The notes under the pieces: generated by a model
Told to the model about the DNA's origin: nothing
Seen by the model: the letters and a program-made list of their open reading frames with translations, nothing else
The model's database searches: none
Made by a program: the position numbers and the translations under genes
Assembly (NCBI GenBank): GCA_052327205.1
Contig: CM126224.1
Coordinates: 64,666,001 to 64,730,000 of the forward strand
Direction of reading: 5' to 3'
Source: Somniosus microcephalus
Lineage: Eukaryota
DNA: 64,000 bases
Shown here: piece after piece, positions 60,801 through 64,000 of the stretch
Numbering within the stretch: position 1 is the first letter of the stretch
Layout of the letters: the number at the start of each line of letters is the position of its first letter

Positions 60801-61535
60801 TGATGGAGTTGAATAGAGGTAAGGCAGTAGATGTGGTGTACTTGGATTTCTGTAAGGCCTTTAATACAGTTCCTCTGGAAAGGCTGGTACTGAGAATAAA
60901 GAAAGTGGAAATCAGTGAGAATATTTTATAATGGATATGTAATTGGTTGACCGATGGAACCCAGAGGGTGGTGGTACAGAGATTGTTGTCACCAGCCTGG
61001 GAGAGAGAATGTTACCAGTGGAGTCCCACAGGGGGCTCTGTTTTGGGAGCTCTTGTTTAATATCTTTATAAATGTCTGGAGCTAGGAGTCACAAGCAGTG
61101 GCTAAATTTGCAAATGATACAAAGCTAATGAAGGTGGTAAACTGCAAAGCTGAAAAGAATAAGCCACAGGAGGATTTGAAAATATTTGTGAATTGGGCAG
61201 ACAGGTGGCAGATGAAATTCAATGTAGAGAAATGTTAAAGTGCTTCACATAGGGACAAAAAAATCGAGGAAGGGACTATTACTTAAATGGAAAGAAAATG
61301 CTGTGCATGGAAAATGCAAGAGATCTGGGGGCCCTGATTGACAATAAATTGAAGCTATCACAACATTCCTCGGCTGGCAGTGAGTAAAGCAAATCGGATC
61401 TTGGGATGTATTAAAAGGTCAATAGTGAGCCGAAATAGTGAGGTAATCCTACCACTATAAATCATTGTTGCCGACCGCTCTTAGAATACTGTGTCCAGTT
61501 TTGGTCGCCACAGTATAGAAAGGATATTGCATTTC
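57830..61535 (+). mobile_element. Long degenerate CR1 including ORF1 (SGNH esterase-like) and ORF2
   Basis: VVLGDSII and VCCLPG (ORF1); GRKGGGVAVY (EN); VYLDFCKAF and WQMKFNVEKC (RT). Confidence 0.85.
59596..59689 (-). mobile_element. 94-bp retro-insertion of unknown family
   Basis: 11-bp TSD AGAGTTAATGT (59585-59595, 59690-59700); the minus strand ends in (ACG)3 after a hairpin. Confidence 0.75.
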
Positions 61536-62629
61536 CTAAAAGCATCTTGGTAGATCACCTTCTCCATGGCCTTGACATCCTTCTTAAAGTAGAGTGCCCA
61601 AAACTGTATGCGATGTTATTACTGGCCCAACCAGTTAGCATTGGTTCTTTGCTTTTGTATTCGATGCACTGCAATTCATTAAACATAATTGGAAAATAGC
61701 ACTGTTTGTTCTTCATGTCTCCAGGACTGAGCAGTTTGCTTGATCAGTGCCTCTGCCAGTGAATTTGATATCTGCCCCTCCACTGGCACACTGTTTACAG
61801 GGTTGCACAGCAGCAAATCACTAACGTTACCGTGACAGCACCTCCCTCCTCTGTGACCTCTACCACTGAGAAGGGCACGAAAAGCAATACTGTGGAAACA
61901 CCATCACCACCCTGACTTGGACAGATATGACCGTTGTTCCTTCATCGTCATTAGGTCAATGTCCTGGTATTCGGGGAGCACCCTTTTCACAAGGACTGCA
62001 GTGGTTCACGGAGAAGACTCACCACCACCTCAGGGCAACTAAATGTGGCCTTGTAGGCATCACCCACATCCTCAGAACACATTACAATTTCCCGACAGTG
62101 CAATAGTAACTACATTTCAAAAGTACTTAATTGACTGTAAAGCACTTTGGGAGTCCTGAGGTTGTAAAAAGCGCTCTAGAAATGCAAGTTCTTTTTCTTT
62201 CAATTCTTTTTATCCCCAATTGAGATCAAAACATTGTTCATAGAATTTTACAGCACAAAAGCAGGCCATTCGGCCCAACAGGTCTATGCCAGTGTTTATG
62301 CTCCACATGAGCTTCCCACCTTACTTTATCTCAAACCAATCTGTTCTTGCTTTGAGCTTATTTATGTGGCATTAGCTTTCTTTGTCACTTTCTAGCTCTT
62401 GTTTCCAAATGCTGAATATTTGAACTTTCTGCTGTGGTCAAGGATCTATCATAGTCCTTTTAATGGTCAGAATGAAATAGTTCTTGGATCTCACTAAACC
62501 TTTCCCTAAAGTGTTTCTAAGTTTTAGTTATCTCAGAAAGTAATGCCTAAACTTTATCCTATGCAAGCTGTTTCTCAAGTTCAACACAGGTTTTATTACT
62601 TTGATGTTTTTTAAGGCTGTAAGGTAAGT

Positions 62630-63610
62630 ATATCAACATGACTAAGGTACCTCACAAGAAGCTTCTCTTGTGGAATTAGTGATAACCTGTTGCGGTGGAT
62701 GGAGAACTGGCTGATTACCTGTTGGCAGAAAGTTGTAGTCAATAGATTTGGATCTGCTTGGTTACCAGTGGTGCCCAGCAGCGATCGCTGTTAGGAGGAC
62801 CTTTGCTATTTACTGTTTTCATTAATGATTGGTGTTGGGAGAATGATACACAAGTTTGTGGACAATACCAAGATACGTGCGCATGTTAGGACTGTAGAGG
62901 ATGCTCTACTACTCCAAGCAGATCTTGATGTGTTGGAAGAATGGGTCCGTGTTTGACAAATTATGTTTAGCTTAGAAAAGTGTAGTGTTATGCATGTGGG
63001 CCAGTTAAATGCTGAATATACTTGCACCCTACAGGAAACAATTGAAGCCAGTGGCGAAAGATATCTCGGTGTTTTAGTGCATCACTCTCTAATGGTTTAT
63101 GACCAATGCCGTGAAGCTATAACTAAAGCAAACAGGGTTCTAGGTTGTATTCACGGGACAATTCACTATAAAACAAAGCATATCATTTTGTCCTTGTTCA
63201 GGACCTTGGTTAGTCCTCAGTTAGAATACTGTGTTGAGTTTTGGTCTTCTCACATGGTGGGGGATATTAAGAGTGCAGAGGAGGGCCACAAGATTAATTC
63301 TCAGTTTAAAGCATCTTAGTTGCACAGATAGGCTCAAATAGCTGGTCTGTATACTTTAGAGAACCATAGGCTCAGGAGATTTGATTGAGGTTTATAAAAT
63401 AATGAAGGGACTAGTATAGGACCAGGGGTCACGCTTACAAGTTATGAAATGGCAGAACTAGGTTGGATGTGAGGCGGTTCTTCTTTTCCCAGAGAATAGT
63501 GAACCTATGCAACAGGCTGCCGGTTAGTGTAGTGGACGCTGATTCAATGTAGCCCTTCAAGAAAAAGCTGGACCTATTTCTTTCTGGGGTGGAGATTACC
63601 TTGTACAAGA
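62630..63610 (+). mobile_element. Old CR1, RT to 3' part
   Basis: FSLEKCSVMHVG, LVSPQLEYCVEFW, FFSQRIVNL. Confidence 0.82.
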
Positions 63611-63611
63611 G

Positions 63612-64000
63612 TGTTGTGGAGTATTTTAAACCAACACTCGACACAAGGTTTTCGGATTGATAATCAAGTCGTCTTTATTACACCGGTGGGGAGACAGCCT
63701 ACTCTGTCTTAGCCAGACTTCTCCAAATTGTTACAGCAAACACTACATTTTTATACATTACAATACATATGTCCAGCTCATGCAAAATTCATTCCTGCCA
63801 CCTGATTGGACCTTGGCCCGCATGCATCTTCAGTGATTGGTTGCCTATGCCGTGTTACATTAAAGTACCGCCTTTATTATCGGAAAAGTATATGTCCGTT
63901 ATCCCACAAGCTGTTGTTGCACCTATGACCTTTGTTTATGCCAGATGGGGTCTCGCCAACATTGTACTTCTGACTCATTGTCCTGCTTTCCTGCCTCGCT
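63612..64000 (-). mobile_element. Probable LTR (ERV-like) cut off by window end
   Basis: Abrupt start TGTTG; reverse AATAAA, TATAAA and CCAAT in LTR order; second end and TSD not visible. Confidence 0.5.

Overview
Eukaryotic, repeat-dense genomic DNA. The repeat repertoire (many CR1 LINEs, an HE1-like V-SINE, SacSINE1-like DeuSINEs, Penelope, Tx1, L2) points to a cartilaginous fish, probably a shark; this is an inference. The only host gene I can support is a beta-tubulin: a TATA/CCAAT/GC-box CpG-island promoter and exon 1 (MREIVHLQAGQCGNQIGAK, 35195-35251), too short for the ORF track. I could not find exon 2 in the remaining ~28.7 kb. Upstream lie two minisatellite arrays, a nearly intact Mag-type Gypsy element, and a nested stack (LINE < CsRn1-type Gypsy < Mag-type Gypsy < MITE). 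The best unexpected finding is a 2.0-kb chimeric retro-insertion at 45228-47255, made of an intronless DCAF15 mRNA fragment joined in frame to a CR1 3' half and bounded by one target-site duplication. Other notable items: three minisatellites that appear to derive from different parts of one DeuSINE family, a tRNA-headed internally deleted LINE, Penelope minimal hammerhead ribozyme remnants, and a 94-bp structured insert. All family assignments come from motif recognition by eye, not database searches. Boundaries of old elements without TSDs are approximate. I found no prokaryotic-type system and no CRISPR array.
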